NCBI GenBank assembly: GCA_014469095.1
Contig: GCA_014469095.1_4330.1
Direction: 5' to 3' (one strand)
DNA length: 45,007 nucleotides
DNA from: a phage
Part shown: positions 8,138 through 16,830 of the stretch, in pieces
Layout of the letters: every line of letters starts with the position of its first letter
How positions within the stretch are numbered: the first letter of the stretch is position 1
Made by a program: the position numbers and the translations under genes
Notes under the pieces: generated by a model
The model's input: the letters and a program-made list of their open reading frames with translations, nothing else
What the model was told of the DNA's origin: nothing
Database searches by the model: none

Positions 8138-8165
8138 TAGCCCATACCAAACGAGAGGGGCGGAT

Positions 8166-8393
8166 ATGAACACAATAACGGGAGCCATAGCTAAAGGTTT
8201 TCTAGCAATTTTCGGAGAATCGCAGGAAGTGTGCACAAAACATAAATTTGTACTTTCTTGCGTAGTCGGGGACGAGTTTGATGGGTTCGATAAACTTGTT
8301 GTCTGCGACCATTGCGGGCAAGAAGCTATTCAACACCCAAACGGTAAATTTGAATTAATAGACGATAGCCTTACAGAAGGCGACGGCGAGTAA
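8166..8393 (+). CDS. Small zinc-ribbon-like protein, 75 aa
   Basis: ORF track; C-x8-C and CDHC cysteine pairs; SD GAGAGGGG. Confidence 0.55.
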   Translation: MNTITGAIAKGFLAIFGESQEVCTKHKFVLSCVVGDEFDGFDKLVVCDHCGQEAIQHPNGKFELIDDSLTEGDGE

Positions 8394-8417
8394 CCCAAAT
8401 AAACAGGAGAATAAATA

Positions 8418-8936
8418 ATGTTAGAGAAATTCTTAGTATTACTGGAACGTTTCGTAGTTGCGCATGAACTGATTGCTGCGAACAGTGCACGCCGTACTGA
8501 ACTGCCGAAGGCTATCACGGCGCCATATGGTAAAGACGTCGACAGTGGTGTCGCAGAAACTGCAACAATCACGCCTACTGTTGTAAAAGAAGAAACAAAA
8601 GAAATCCCGGTCGAGGGTGAAGACGTAGTTGACACTAAACCGGCGGAGGAAGAGAAGCCAAAACGCAAGCCGCGTAAAGCTAAAGTAGAGGAACCTGCGC
8701 CAGAACCGGAAGAAGAGAAAGAAGAAGTCGATTACAAGTCTCTGCGTGACCAGATTCAGGCCATCGACGATGTAATTAATGAAGGTCCTAGCGATGCCGC
8801 GTGCGATGATTCTGATGAACTGCTGGAAGAGTTCACAGGTAAGAAGATGAAGATTGCCGCGATTAAAGACGAAGACCTGGTTGAGTACCTGGAACGCCTG
8901 ACAGCAATCAAGAACAAGTATTTCGAAGAAGAATAA
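8418..8936 (+). CDS. Highly acidic low-complexity protein, 172 aa
   Basis: ORF track; about 50 D/E versus about 27 K/R, with one basic patch KPKRKPRKAK. Confidence 0.55.
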   Translation: MLEKFLVLLERFVVAHELIAANSARRTELPKAITAPYGKDVDSGVAETATITPTVVKEETKEIPVEGEDVVDTKPAEEEKPKRKPRKAKVEEPAPEPEEEKEEVDYKSLRDQIQAIDDVINEGPSDAACDDSDELLEEFTGKKMKIAAIKDEDLVEYLERLTAIKNKYFEEE

Positions 8937-8943
8937 CTATCTC

Positions 8944-8964
8944 GCGGCCTTCGGGCCGCTTTAA
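8944..8964 (+). terminator. Intrinsic terminator/attenuator
   Basis: GCGGCC-TTCG-GGCCGC followed by TTTAA. Confidence 0.5.
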
Positions 8965-8979
8965 CTGAGGGTCGGAATT

Positions 8980-9252
8980 ATGATTTACCAACTCTACCGA
9001 GCCGTCGACAGGCGTGATAACACAGAGGCGCTATGGCTATTGCGTGCTCCGTCCGGTGCGCACCAGATGGAAGAGATGGCGTACTTAGGAAAAGTACCAC
9101 GGCCTAAAGATATAGGCCGTCACGTGTCACAGATTAAGCGCACAACTTTCGCCAAGCCTGACTTTTATGTCTTCGAGTCGATGTATGGGTGGGCCATGCA
9201 CTGCGACCATAAGACACGACATTTAATTGACCAGTGGGAGAACAGGGTATGA
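8980..9252 (+). CDS. Hypothetical protein, 90 aa
   Basis: ORF track. Confidence 0.5.
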   Translation: MIYQLYRAVDRRDNTEALWLLRAPSGAHQMEEMAYLGKVPRPKDIGRHVSQIKRTTFAKPDFYVFESMYGWAMHCDHKTRHLIDQWENRV

Positions 9253-9506
9253 ATTGGGTTAGCGTAAACGAAGCACTACCAGAGTCAAAAGATGATTCTG
9301 TTTTAGTTTGCTCAGTAGACGGAAGTAAATGTGACGATAATGGGTTCCCGGAAGGCGGAATTGATTTTGTGCATATACAGGACTATTTCGACGACATTAC
9401 TGCTGGGCTGGATGAAAACGGAAATCAGTTATATACGAAACGGTATATCGAGATGGGTATAACACACTGGATGTATTTACCAGAACTACCGGAGGAGGCT
9501 AAATAA
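9249..9506 (+). CDS. DUF551-like phage protein, 85 aa
   Basis: ORF track 9234..9506; ATG at 9249 overlaps the upstream stop; NWVSVNEALPE...VLV...THWMYLPELPE. Confidence 0.5.
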   Translation: MNWVSVNEALPESKDDSVLVCSVDGSKCDDNGFPEGGIDFVHIQDYFDDITAGLDENGNQLYTKRYIEMGITHWMYLPELPEEAK

Positions 9507-10744
9507 TGATTCTAAAAGAACGAGGCGGCAATAATGATGTACACGCCTTACTGTCACCGTCAGGCGCTAAAAAGTGGCTGTCATGCGCTGCGTCGCTGGC
9601 GTGTGAAAAAGATACCCCTAACACGTCGGGTAAAGCCGCTGTATTAGGAACCGCCATGCACACCATAGCTGAGGTCCATCTCAACGCCTATATACGCGGC
9701 ACTGCGTTGCCGTTGGAGCGTGAAGTCGGCGCTTACGTACTGGATGAAGGCAAAGGTCAGATTAAGGCGCTAATCAGCCCGATGAAAGGCGCGGTACTGA
9801 TTACGGCGGACATGATTGAGCAGGTGCGCAAGTACACCGACTACTGCAAAGCGATTATAGACGTAGCGACTTACGCCAAGCTGGAAATGCGTGTCAATCT
9901 TACTGAGGTATTGCATCCGGGGTATGAAGGCGTTGAGACGTTCGGAACCGCTGACCTCGTTGCTGTCCAGGAACTGGCAAACACCGACGAGCACATGCTC
10001 ATTATCGGCGACCTGAAAACAGGGCGGCATCGCGTCGAAGCGAAAGAAAACAAGCAGCTTATGCTTTACGCTCTCGGTGTTTATCGTCGACTCAAGAGAC
10101 GTTATAACATAACAACCGTTCGTCTGGTCATCTTCCAGCCTTACGCTGGGGGCGCGACAGAGTGGGACATCTCGGTTGAAGGACTGGAACTGTTCGCTAA
10201 GTTCGCACAGAAACGCGCGCTGTTAGCGCTTGATGCGTATTTCCGTGGCAAGAAGAACCTGAAAGCGTCGGACTTCAAGCCATCGGTAGATGGTTGTCAG
10301 TGGTGCCGGTTCTCTGAACAGTGCGCCGCGCGTACAAAGACGGTTAACTCTGTGCTGGCGGAAGAACTGGAGGACGACTTTGCCCTGGAACTTACGCCGG
10401 AGCAACTCGTAGCTGAGTATGAGAAGTTGCCGTTGTTGCGCCAGCACATCGACAAGGTTGAGAAAGCGATGGCTGCCGCGTTGCATTCCGGTAAGAAAGT
10501 GCCGGGGTACAAGCTGGTTGAAGGCCGCCCGGGTAATCGTGCGTGGAAAGATGCAGAGAAAGTGGCTGGCAAGTATGGCATAGCGCTAATGAAGCAAGTG
10601 CTCATGACGCCAACCGAAGCGGTTAAAGTCATACCGGAAGAAGAACTGAAAGACTTCATTACCCGTAAGCCAGGCGCACCATGTGTTGCAACGGCAGACG
10701 ACAAACGTCCTGAGTGGAATAGGGTAACAGAGGAGGATTTATAA
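9506..10744 (+). CDS. PD-(D/E)xK exonuclease, Cas4/RecB-like, with C-terminal Fe-S-type cysteine cluster
   Basis: ORF track; IIGDLKTG nuclease motif, N-terminal Cys (WLSCAAS) and CQWCRFSEQC; SD GGAGGAGG. Confidence 0.7.
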   Translation: MILKERGGNNDVHALLSPSGAKKWLSCAASLACEKDTPNTSGKAAVLGTAMHTIAEVHLNAYIRGTALPLEREVGAYVLDEGKGQIKALISPMKGAVLITADMIEQVRKYTDYCKAIIDVATYAKLEMRVNLTEVLHPGYEGVETFGTADLVAVQELANTDEHMLIIGDLKTGRHRVEAKENKQLMLYALGVYRRLKRRYNITTVRLVIFQPYAGGATEWDISVEGLELFAKFAQKRALLALDAYFRGKKNLKASDFKPSVDGCQWCRFSEQCAARTKTVNSVLAEELEDDFALELTPEQLVAEYEKLPLLRQHIDKVEKAMAAALHSGKKVPGYKLVEGRPGNRAWKDAEKVAGKYGIALMKQVLMTPTEAVKVIPEEELKDFITRKPGAPCVATADDKRPEWNRVTEEDL

Positions 10745-10947
10745 TGATTCAAGTAAATGAAATGCCCACAGATAAAGATTTTGTGATGATATGGCGCTGG
10801 GGCGGTTATATCCATTCGGAATCGTTTACGTTCCTGAACGGCACGATGGTGCGATACAACCATGTGGAGGATGAATTCGAACCCGTTGATATGAATGATT
10901 TCGAGAACATAGTCCGTATTGCGAAATTTTATTTGACACCTGAATAG
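10744..10947 (+). CDS. Hypothetical protein, 67 aa
   Basis: ORF track; start overlaps the nuclease stop. Confidence 0.45.
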   Translation: MIQVNEMPTDKDFVMIWRWGGYIHSESFTFLNGTMVRYNHVEDEFEPVDMNDFENIVRIAKFYLTPE

Positions 10948-10961
10948 TTAGCTATTATAGT
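10933..10961 (+). promoter_or_regulatory. Sigma70-like promoter, type B (TTGACA-N17-TATAGT) with dyad core
   Basis: TTGACA-CCTGAATAGTTAGCTAT-TATAGT; overlaps the 3-prime end of the upstream ORF. Confidence 0.6.
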
Positions 10962-11016
10962 TCTAATCACTGGCCGGGCAGCTCCCGGAGTAAACTGAAA
11001 ACTGAGGAATCGAGAA

Positions 11017-11643
11017 ATGGGACTGAAATTAAATCTGCGTAAAGTAAACACTGCTTGGGTTAACGTATTCGAACGTGAAAAAGACCGTGAAAATGATGAT
11101 GGTTCAATCACTAAAGGTCAGTACAGCGCGACTATTATCCTGCCGTCCGACCACGCGCAAATCGACGCGCTCTACGACACCGTTTACGCTGTAGTTGAAG
11201 AAGCGTTAGGTGCAGCCGCCGCCGAGAAGTGGATGAAGTCCAACTACGGCGAAGGTAAGCACATGGATAAATGTGCGATTAAAGACATTGCCGAGCGTGA
11301 CAATCCGTTTGAAGACTTCCCGGAAGGCTTCTACTTCAAAGCGAAGGCACAGAAGCAGCCGCTGATTGTAACCTCTAAAAAAGGTGAGACTCAGGTAGAA
11401 CAGGACTTCAATGTAGACGGTGAACAGATTGAAGGTGAACAGGTTTACAGCGGATGCTTAGCTAACGTAAGCGTTGAAATCTGGTTCAGCCAGAAATACA
11501 AAGTCCTCGGCGTTAACCTGCTGGCGATTAAATACGTTGGCGAAGGCAAAGCGTTCGGCGGTTCTAAAGTCGCTGCGAGCGTCAATGACCTGGAAGACGA
11601 CGAAGAAGATGAAGCACCGCGCCGCGAACGTCGCCGCCGCTAA
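11017..11643 (+). CDS. Putative ssDNA-binding / annealing protein
   Basis: ORF track; size, acidic DLEDDEEDE tail and position beside the exonuclease and polymerase; no specific family recognised. Confidence 0.4.
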   Translation: MGLKLNLRKVNTAWVNVFEREKDRENDDGSITKGQYSATIILPSDHAQIDALYDTVYAVVEEALGAAAAEKWMKSNYGEGKHMDKCAIKDIAERDNPFEDFPEGFYFKAKAQKQPLIVTSKKGETQVEQDFNVDGEQIEGEQVYSGCLANVSVEIWFSQKYKVLGVNLLAIKYVGEGKAFGGSKVAASVNDLEDDEEDEAPRRERRRR

Positions 11644-11662
11644 TATCTGAATCAATTTAACT

Positions 11663-11686
11663 AAGGCCCTTCATTGGGCCTTTTTA
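11663..11686 (+). terminator. Intrinsic terminator
   Basis: AAGGCCC-TTCATT-GGGCCTT followed by TTTTAC. Confidence 0.65.
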
Positions 11687-11702
11687 CTAGGGGTCAAAAA
11701 TA

Positions 11703-13874
11703 ATGAGTTACCTGTTCTTAGACTTTGAAACATTCTCAGAAGCCGATTTGAAGAAAGTCGGTTCTTACGCTTACGCCGAACACCCGTCAACCGAAGTGCT
11801 TATCTGTACATATGCTTTTGACGACGAACCTGTGCGGGTATGGGATTGCACCGACGGCAGCGACATGCCGGGGGATTTACACCGCGCACTGCGCCGCCTT
11901 GTTAAGCCCAACAGCCGCATCAAGATGGTGTGGCACAACGGTGGACTTTTCGATCGCCTAATCATGAAACACTGCTGGGACTTTGATATTCCGGTAAGTA
12001 ACACCATTGATACTATGATTTGGGCGTTCCGTCACGCGCTGCCGGGTTCTCTTGATGCGCTGTGCGAAGTGCTGGGCGTGTCTGCAGACAACGCGAAAGA
12101 TAAACGCGGCAAGGCTCTGATTAAGCGTTTCTCTAAACCGACGCCGAAGAACTACAAAATACGCCGGTATACCGCTGAAACGCACCCTGACGAGTGGGCG
12201 ATGTTCATCAGGTACGCCGTGAGCGACATCACTGCGATGCGTGAAGTCTTCCATAAGCTGCCGCGTTGGGGTAACTCCGAGTTCGAAGACCGTGTACTGG
12301 AACTTGACCAGTTAATCAACGACCGCGGATTTAAGGTTGACGTCGCACTGGCGGAAGCCGCGATTGAAGCCGTAGAGAAGCACAAGGCACAGTTACAGGA
12401 AGAAGCTCAACGTAAATACGGCGGCTCGCTTACCGGTAAAGACTTCCTTCCGATTCTGCGTGAACTTGCGCCCGCGCACCGCATACACAATGCACAGAAG
12501 TCGACGCTTAACGACCTGTTGGCAGATGATGATTTACCGGACGACGCCCGGATGATTATCGAAATGCGCCTCGGGGCCGCGTCAACAGCGTCCACGAAAT
12601 ATAACCCGCTGCTGTTAGGCCGCTCGTCGGACGACCGACGCCGCGGTTGTATCCAGTACGGTGGGGCAAAGCGTACGTTACGGTTCGCGGGTAAAGGCTT
12701 CCAGCCACAGAACCTGGCGCGTGGGTACTATCACGATGATGAACTGGATAAAGGCATTTCAGCGTTACTTAAGGGCCGGGCGCACCGCCGATTTGACGTA
12801 GCCAAGCTGACGGCATCTACCGTTCGTAGCTGCATTATACCGGAAGCTGGGCATAAGTTTGTCGTCGCCGATTACTCTAACGTTGAGGGTCGCGGGCTTG
12901 CGTGGCTGGCAGGTGAAGACGATTTAATCGAAGTATTTGTAAACGGGGTTGATGTGTATAAGAAACTCGCGTCAACGGTGTTCAACGTTGCATATGAGGA
13001 TGTAACAAAGGACCAAAGACAAATAGCCAAAGCAATGGTTCTGGGCCTCGGCTACGCGGGGGGTGTCGGTGCTTTCGTCACGTTTGCTAAAAACTTAGGT
13101 CTTGATTTGAACGATATGACTAACACTTTAGCAGGTACTTTCCCTGACCATATATGGGCCGCTACTGCACGAGGCTATGAGTGGGCGCGTATTCAGGAAG
13201 CCAAGCGACCACCACGTCCTGGTGAAAAAGATGACCGACCATCATATATTCTTGATAAGAAAGTGTGGCGTACCTGCGACGCTTTAAAACGCATGTACCG
13301 AGAAGCTAACCCCGCCATAGTCCAATTCTGGCGAGATATTGAAGACGCGGCTATGGCGGCTATCCGCAACCCCGGTAAAGAGTTCTCCGCAGGGCCGCGA
13401 GGCGTTAAGTTTTCGCGTAACGTAGAAACAGACAACAACGGCAACAAGGTCGCTGGTTGGTGGTTGCGCATGACGTTGCCGTCTGGCCGCGTTATGTCAT
13501 ACCCTGGCGTCGGATTGAGCGTATCTAAAGAGACAGACGAAGACGGGAAGGTGTCTACTAACGTGCGTATCAAGTACCAGGGAGAGAATCAGTTAACCCG
13601 TCAGTGGGGCTTCCAGTACACATATTCCGGTAAACTGGTGGAAAACTGCACTCAGGCACTGTGCCGTGATTTGCTGGCTAATGCGCTGCTGAACGTTGAA
13701 GCCAATGGCTACCCGATTGTGCTTCACGTACACGATGAGATTATCTGCGAGACACCAGATACGCCGGAATACAATGTCGCAGAACTGGAGCGATTGATGT
13801 GCGAATTACCGGAATGGGCAGAGGGTTTCCCTCTTGTAGCAGAAGGTGCGGAGATGAAGCGCTATGCTAAGTAA
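11703..13874 (+). CDS. DNA polymerase, family A, with 3-prime to 5-prime exonuclease domain
   Basis: ORF track; exonuclease motifs DFETFS, WHNGGLFD, YAVSDI; polymerase motifs DYSNVEGRG, KAMVLGLGYAGG, VHDEI. Confidence 0.9.
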   Translation: MSYLFLDFETFSEADLKKVGSYAYAEHPSTEVLICTYAFDDEPVRVWDCTDGSDMPGDLHRALRRLVKPNSRIKMVWHNGGLFDRLIMKHCWDFDIPVSNTIDTMIWAFRHALPGSLDALCEVLGVSADNAKDKRGKALIKRFSKPTPKNYKIRRYTAETHPDEWAMFIRYAVSDITAMREVFHKLPRWGNSEFEDRVLELDQLINDRGFKVDVALAEAAIEAVEKHKAQLQEEAQRKYGGSLTGKDFLPILRELAPAHRIHNAQKSTLNDLLADDDLPDDARMIIEMRLGAASTASTKYNPLLLGRSSDDRRRGCIQYGGAKRTLRFAGKGFQPQNLARGYYHDDELDKGISALLKGRAHRRFDVAKLTASTVRSCIIPEAGHKFVVADYSNVEGRGLAWLAGEDDLIEVFVNGVDVYKKLASTVFNVAYEDVTKDQRQIAKAMVLGLGYAGGVGAFVTFAKNLGLDLNDMTNTLAGTFPDHIWAATARGYEWARIQEAKRPPRPGEKDDRPSYILDKKVWRTCDALKRMYREANPAIVQFWRDIEDAAMAAIRNPGKEFSAGPRGVKFSRNVETDNNGNKVAGWWLRMTLPSGRVMSYPGVGLSVSKETDEDGKVSTNVRIKYQGENQLTRQWGFQYTYSGKLVENCTQALCRDLLANALLNVEANGYPIVLHVHDEIICETPDTPEYNVAELERLMCELPEWAEGFPLVAEGAEMKRYAK

Positions 13875-13995
13875 ACTGATTATCGCGGTACTGGCGGGAT
13901 TCGCCGCCGGTGTCTACTGTCACGAGGGGCAATACGGCATGATGGTCGCCGTATTGGGTATGCTAGTAGCAATTTATTTGTGGGTGCTAGAATGA
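13864..13995 (+). CDS. Small membrane peptide, 43 aa
   Basis: Absent from the track; hydrophobic MLSKLIIAVLAGFAAGVY...; overlaps the polymerase stop and the next start. Confidence 0.3.
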   Translation: MLSKLIIAVLAGFAAGVYCHEGQYGMMVAVLGMLVAIYLWVLE

Positions 13996-14081
13996 AAATT
14001 TACGGGTTTTATGAGGAAGACTGCCGAATCTGTCCGCGCTGCGGTATTGAGCATACAAAACGTGAAGGGTGTGTATTATGA
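13992..14081 (+). CDS. Micro-ORF, 29 aa, zinc-ribbon-like (CRICPRCG)
   Basis: Absent from the track; ATGA overlaps on both sides. Confidence 0.25.
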   Translation: MKIYGFYEEDCRICPRCGIEHTKREGCVL

Positions 14082-14230
14082 CAATGTTTGTATTTAGGAC
14101 CATAGTAACCATGCTCGCACTGTTACTCGGCGCGGGAATAGCTGCGATGTTCTGTTACGGCCTGTTCTTTAAGTTTGTTGGCGTTGCCGTTCTCGGAGGA
14201 GCGTTTATAACCTGGGTTCTGCGCTCATGA
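14078..14230 (+). CDS. Small membrane protein, 50 aa
   Basis: Absent from the track; two hydrophobic helices; ATGA overlaps on both sides. Confidence 0.35.
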   Translation: MTMFVFRTIVTMLALLLGAGIAAMFCYGLFFKFVGVAVLGGAFITWVLRS

Positions 14231-14511
14231 CCCCGGAAGGCAAGATTCAGAAATACGCAAAAGAGCGATTCGAGGCCATTGGTGGCCTCGTTCGCAAGAT
14301 GGCATTTGAAGGCCGGCGAGCCGCCATGGACCTGCTGGTAATTCTCCCCGGCGGTATCATCTGGTTCGTCGAGATTAAGAAAGACGAAAACACGAAGCCT
14401 GACCCCCACCAGTTACGCGAGCATGAAAGATTCCGTAAACGCGGTGCAAATGTTTTTGTCGTTGGTTCGTTTAAACAGGTTGACGACCTAATAGCGAACT
14501 ATTATAGTTAG
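14227..14511 (+). CDS. VRR-NUC domain nuclease, 94 aa
   Basis: ORF track; DLLVILPGGIIWFVEIKKD...PHQLREHERFRKRGANVFVV has the PD-(D/E)xK layout with EIK. Confidence 0.65.
   Translation: MTPEGKIQKYAKERFEAIGGLVRKMAFEGRRAAMDLLVILPGGIIWFVEIKKDENTKPDPHQLREHERFRKRGANVFVVGSFKQVDDLIANYYS
14480..14508 (+). promoter_or_regulatory. Sigma70-like promoter, type B (TTGACG-N17-TATAGT) with dyad core
   Basis: TTGACG-ACCTAATAGCGAACTAT-TATAGT; overlaps the 3-prime end of the VRR-NUC gene. Confidence 0.55.
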
Positions 14512-14541
14512 CCTTACACCAACAATATAAGGAATTGAGAA

Positions 14542-14733
14542 ATGAAACACGAATATGACCGTAAACCAGCACGTGACATCGTACCTGGCGACATGATTTT
14601 CAACGTTAAGACACGTCGCCCTGTTGCCGTTGATACGGTGTTCGTCGAGTCGAACGGTAAACTGGTTATCGAAGATGTAACTGGTAACGTTACGGCGTTC
14701 GGGCGTAAAGAGCTGGTGCTGGTGGCAAAATGA
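14542..14733 (+). CDS. Hypothetical protein, 63 aa
   Basis: ORF track. Confidence 0.5.
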   Translation: MKHEYDRKPARDIVPGDMIFNVKTRRPVAVDTVFVESNGKLVIEDVTGNVTAFGRKELVLVAK

Positions 14734-15413
14734 TTGTCTGGTCATTGTTTGACGGTTCGGGCCTTATGGCCCAACCGTGGGCAGAAGCGGGCCATACTTG
14801 CTATTGTTTCAACTACGACGGTGCCGACCACGGCGACTACGCGCGATTGGGCGCAAAAGTTGAACACGAGAACATCCACTATATAAACGCGTGGATTGAT
14901 AATAAGTTCGACTTCGAGGTTTCGCCAGATATTATTTTTGCGTTCCCTCCTTGCACAGATTTAGCCGTTAGTGGTGCGGCGCATTTCGAAACGAAGCGTA
15001 AGAAGAACCCAACGTTTCAGGTAGAGGCTGTTATCACATGCAAAGTGGCGGCACGCCTGGCTAAAAGGTATAACGTACCTTATATGATTGAGAACCCAGT
15101 TAGCGTCCTCTCGTCTTTGTGGCGTAAGCCCGATTATGTGTTCAATCCTTACGAATACGGCGGCTATCTACCGGAAGACGATACGCATCCAATGTTCCCT
15201 GAATACATAAAACCCCGAGACGCGTACCCTAAAAAGACATGTCTTTGGACGGGTAATGGTTTCGTAATGCCGGTTAAGTCAGGTGTTGCCGTGGGTGATG
15301 GGCATTCTGACCAGCACAACAAACTTGGCGGTAAATCAGTGCGGACAAAAACAATCCGCAGCCTTACTCCTCGGGGTTTCGCAAAAGCAGTTTACGAGGC
15401 TAATCATGTCTAA
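14730..15413 (+). CDS. DNA (cytosine-5)-methyltransferase-like protein, atypically short with variant motifs
   Basis: ORF track; motif I-like LFDGSGL, motif IV-like FPPCTDLAVSGA (PCT not PCQ), motif VI-like MIENPVS (ENP not ENV); at 227 aa there is no room for a normal target-recognition domain. Confidence 0.5.
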   Translation: MIVWSLFDGSGLMAQPWAEAGHTCYCFNYDGADHGDYARLGAKVEHENIHYINAWIDNKFDFEVSPDIIFAFPPCTDLAVSGAAHFETKRKKNPTFQVEAVITCKVAARLAKRYNVPYMIENPVSVLSSLWRKPDYVFNPYEYGGYLPEDDTHPMFPEYIKPRDAYPKKTCLWTGNGFVMPVKSGVAVGDGHSDQHNKLGGKSVRTKTIRSLTPRGFAKAVYEANHV

Positions 15414-16830
15414 GTTTCAAAGACGCGAGTACCAGAAGCTCATGACCTCGTTCATGCTGCAACACCCGCGCTGTAATATCTGGTGCGGAATGGGGGGAGG
15501 TAAAACCTCCTCCACTATGTGGGTGCTCAACCGCCTGTTCCGCAACGGGCAGCTTACGGAAGAGGACCGCGTGTTAATCCTTGCCCCGTTACGTGTTGCG
15601 TCCGGTACGTGGCCCGCTGAACAAGAGAAATGGCAATTCCCTTGTCTGCGTGTCGTAGATGCAACTGGTTCGGAGAAGCGCCGCATCGCAGCGCTGGAGT
15701 CAGATGCTAACGTGGTGTGCACTAACTACGAAGTTATCGAGTGGCTAATTGACTACTACGGCAAAGACGACTGGCCTTTTACGGTTATCGTTGCCGATGA
15801 AAGCACGAAGCTTAAATCGTTCCGCAGCCGTTCGGGTGGTAGCAAGCGGGCAAAGGCGCTCAGCAAGGTTGCGTTCGGAAAGGTTAAGCGTTTCATCAAC
15901 CTGACAGGCACACCGTCACCAAACGGCCTCAAAGACTTGTGGGGTCAGAACTGGTTTATCGACGCTGGCGAGCGCCTCGGCTCTTCGTACACAGCATTCA
16001 CCGACCGCTGGTTTAACTCGGTACAGAAAGGTAAGTCGGCTATGGCCCGCGAGTATCATGCACGACCGGGCGCAGATAATGAAATTCATCAGAAGATGAA
16101 AGACATCAGCCTGACCATCGACCCTGCCGAGTGGTTCGGTTGTGAAGCGCCTGTTATCGTACCGGTGGAAATAGACCTGCCGAAGAAAGCGCGTCAGGCG
16201 TACATCGATATGGAGGAGAAGTTATTCGCTGAGCTGGAGAGCGGAGAAGTCGAAGCGGCTAACGCCGCGGCGAAGACGTCGAAATGTTTGCAGATTGCAT
16301 CTGGTGCCGTGTATGTGTCAGGGCCGGATGGCGAAGCGACCAAAGACTGGGAGAAAGTGCACGACACGAAACTGGATGCGCTCGAGTCGATTGTTGAGGA
16401 GTTGCAGGGTGCGCCGTTGCTGGTAGCCTATCAGTTTAAACACGAACTGGAGCGTATCCTTAAGCGATTCCCACAGGCACAGGCGTTCGCCAAAGGCGCT
16501 AGGGGGAACAAGCAGATGGAAGCGTGGAACCGTGGGGAAATCGAGATTTTATGCGTGCATCCTGCGTCAGCCGGGCATGGTTTGAATTTACAGGACGGGG
16601 GTCATCATCTGGCGTTCATCTCGCAAGGCTGGAACCTTGAGCACTATTTGCAGGTTGTTGAGCGCATAGGCCCAGTCCGCCAGAAACAGGCGGGTCACGA
16701 GCGCCCGGTGTTCCTTTATCACATCGTTGCTAAAGACACTCTGGACGAGGTTGTCGCCGCGCGTACCGACGAGAAGAAATCGGTACAGGAAGAGTTGCTT
16801 AATTACATGAAGAGACGAGGTAAGAAATGA
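15406..16830 (+). CDS. SNF2/DEAD-like superfamily 2 helicase
   Basis: ORF track 15283..16830; ATG at 15406 overlaps the upstream stop; motifs GMGGGKTS, VIVADESTKLK, LTGTPSPN, HPASAGHGLNLQ. Confidence 0.8.
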   Translation: MSKFQRREYQKLMTSFMLQHPRCNIWCGMGGGKTSSTMWVLNRLFRNGQLTEEDRVLILAPLRVASGTWPAEQEKWQFPCLRVVDATGSEKRRIAALESDANVVCTNYEVIEWLIDYYGKDDWPFTVIVADESTKLKSFRSRSGGSKRAKALSKVAFGKVKRFINLTGTPSPNGLKDLWGQNWFIDAGERLGSSYTAFTDRWFNSVQKGKSAMAREYHARPGADNEIHQKMKDISLTIDPAEWFGCEAPVIVPVEIDLPKKARQAYIDMEEKLFAELESGEVEAANAAAKTSKCLQIASGAVYVSGPDGEATKDWEKVHDTKLDALESIVEELQGAPLLVAYQFKHELERILKRFPQAQAFAKGARGNKQMEAWNRGEIEILCVHPASAGHGLNLQDGGHHLAFISQGWNLEHYLQVVERIGPVRQKQAGHERPVFLYHIVAKDTLDEVVAARTDEKKSVQEELLNYMKRRGKK

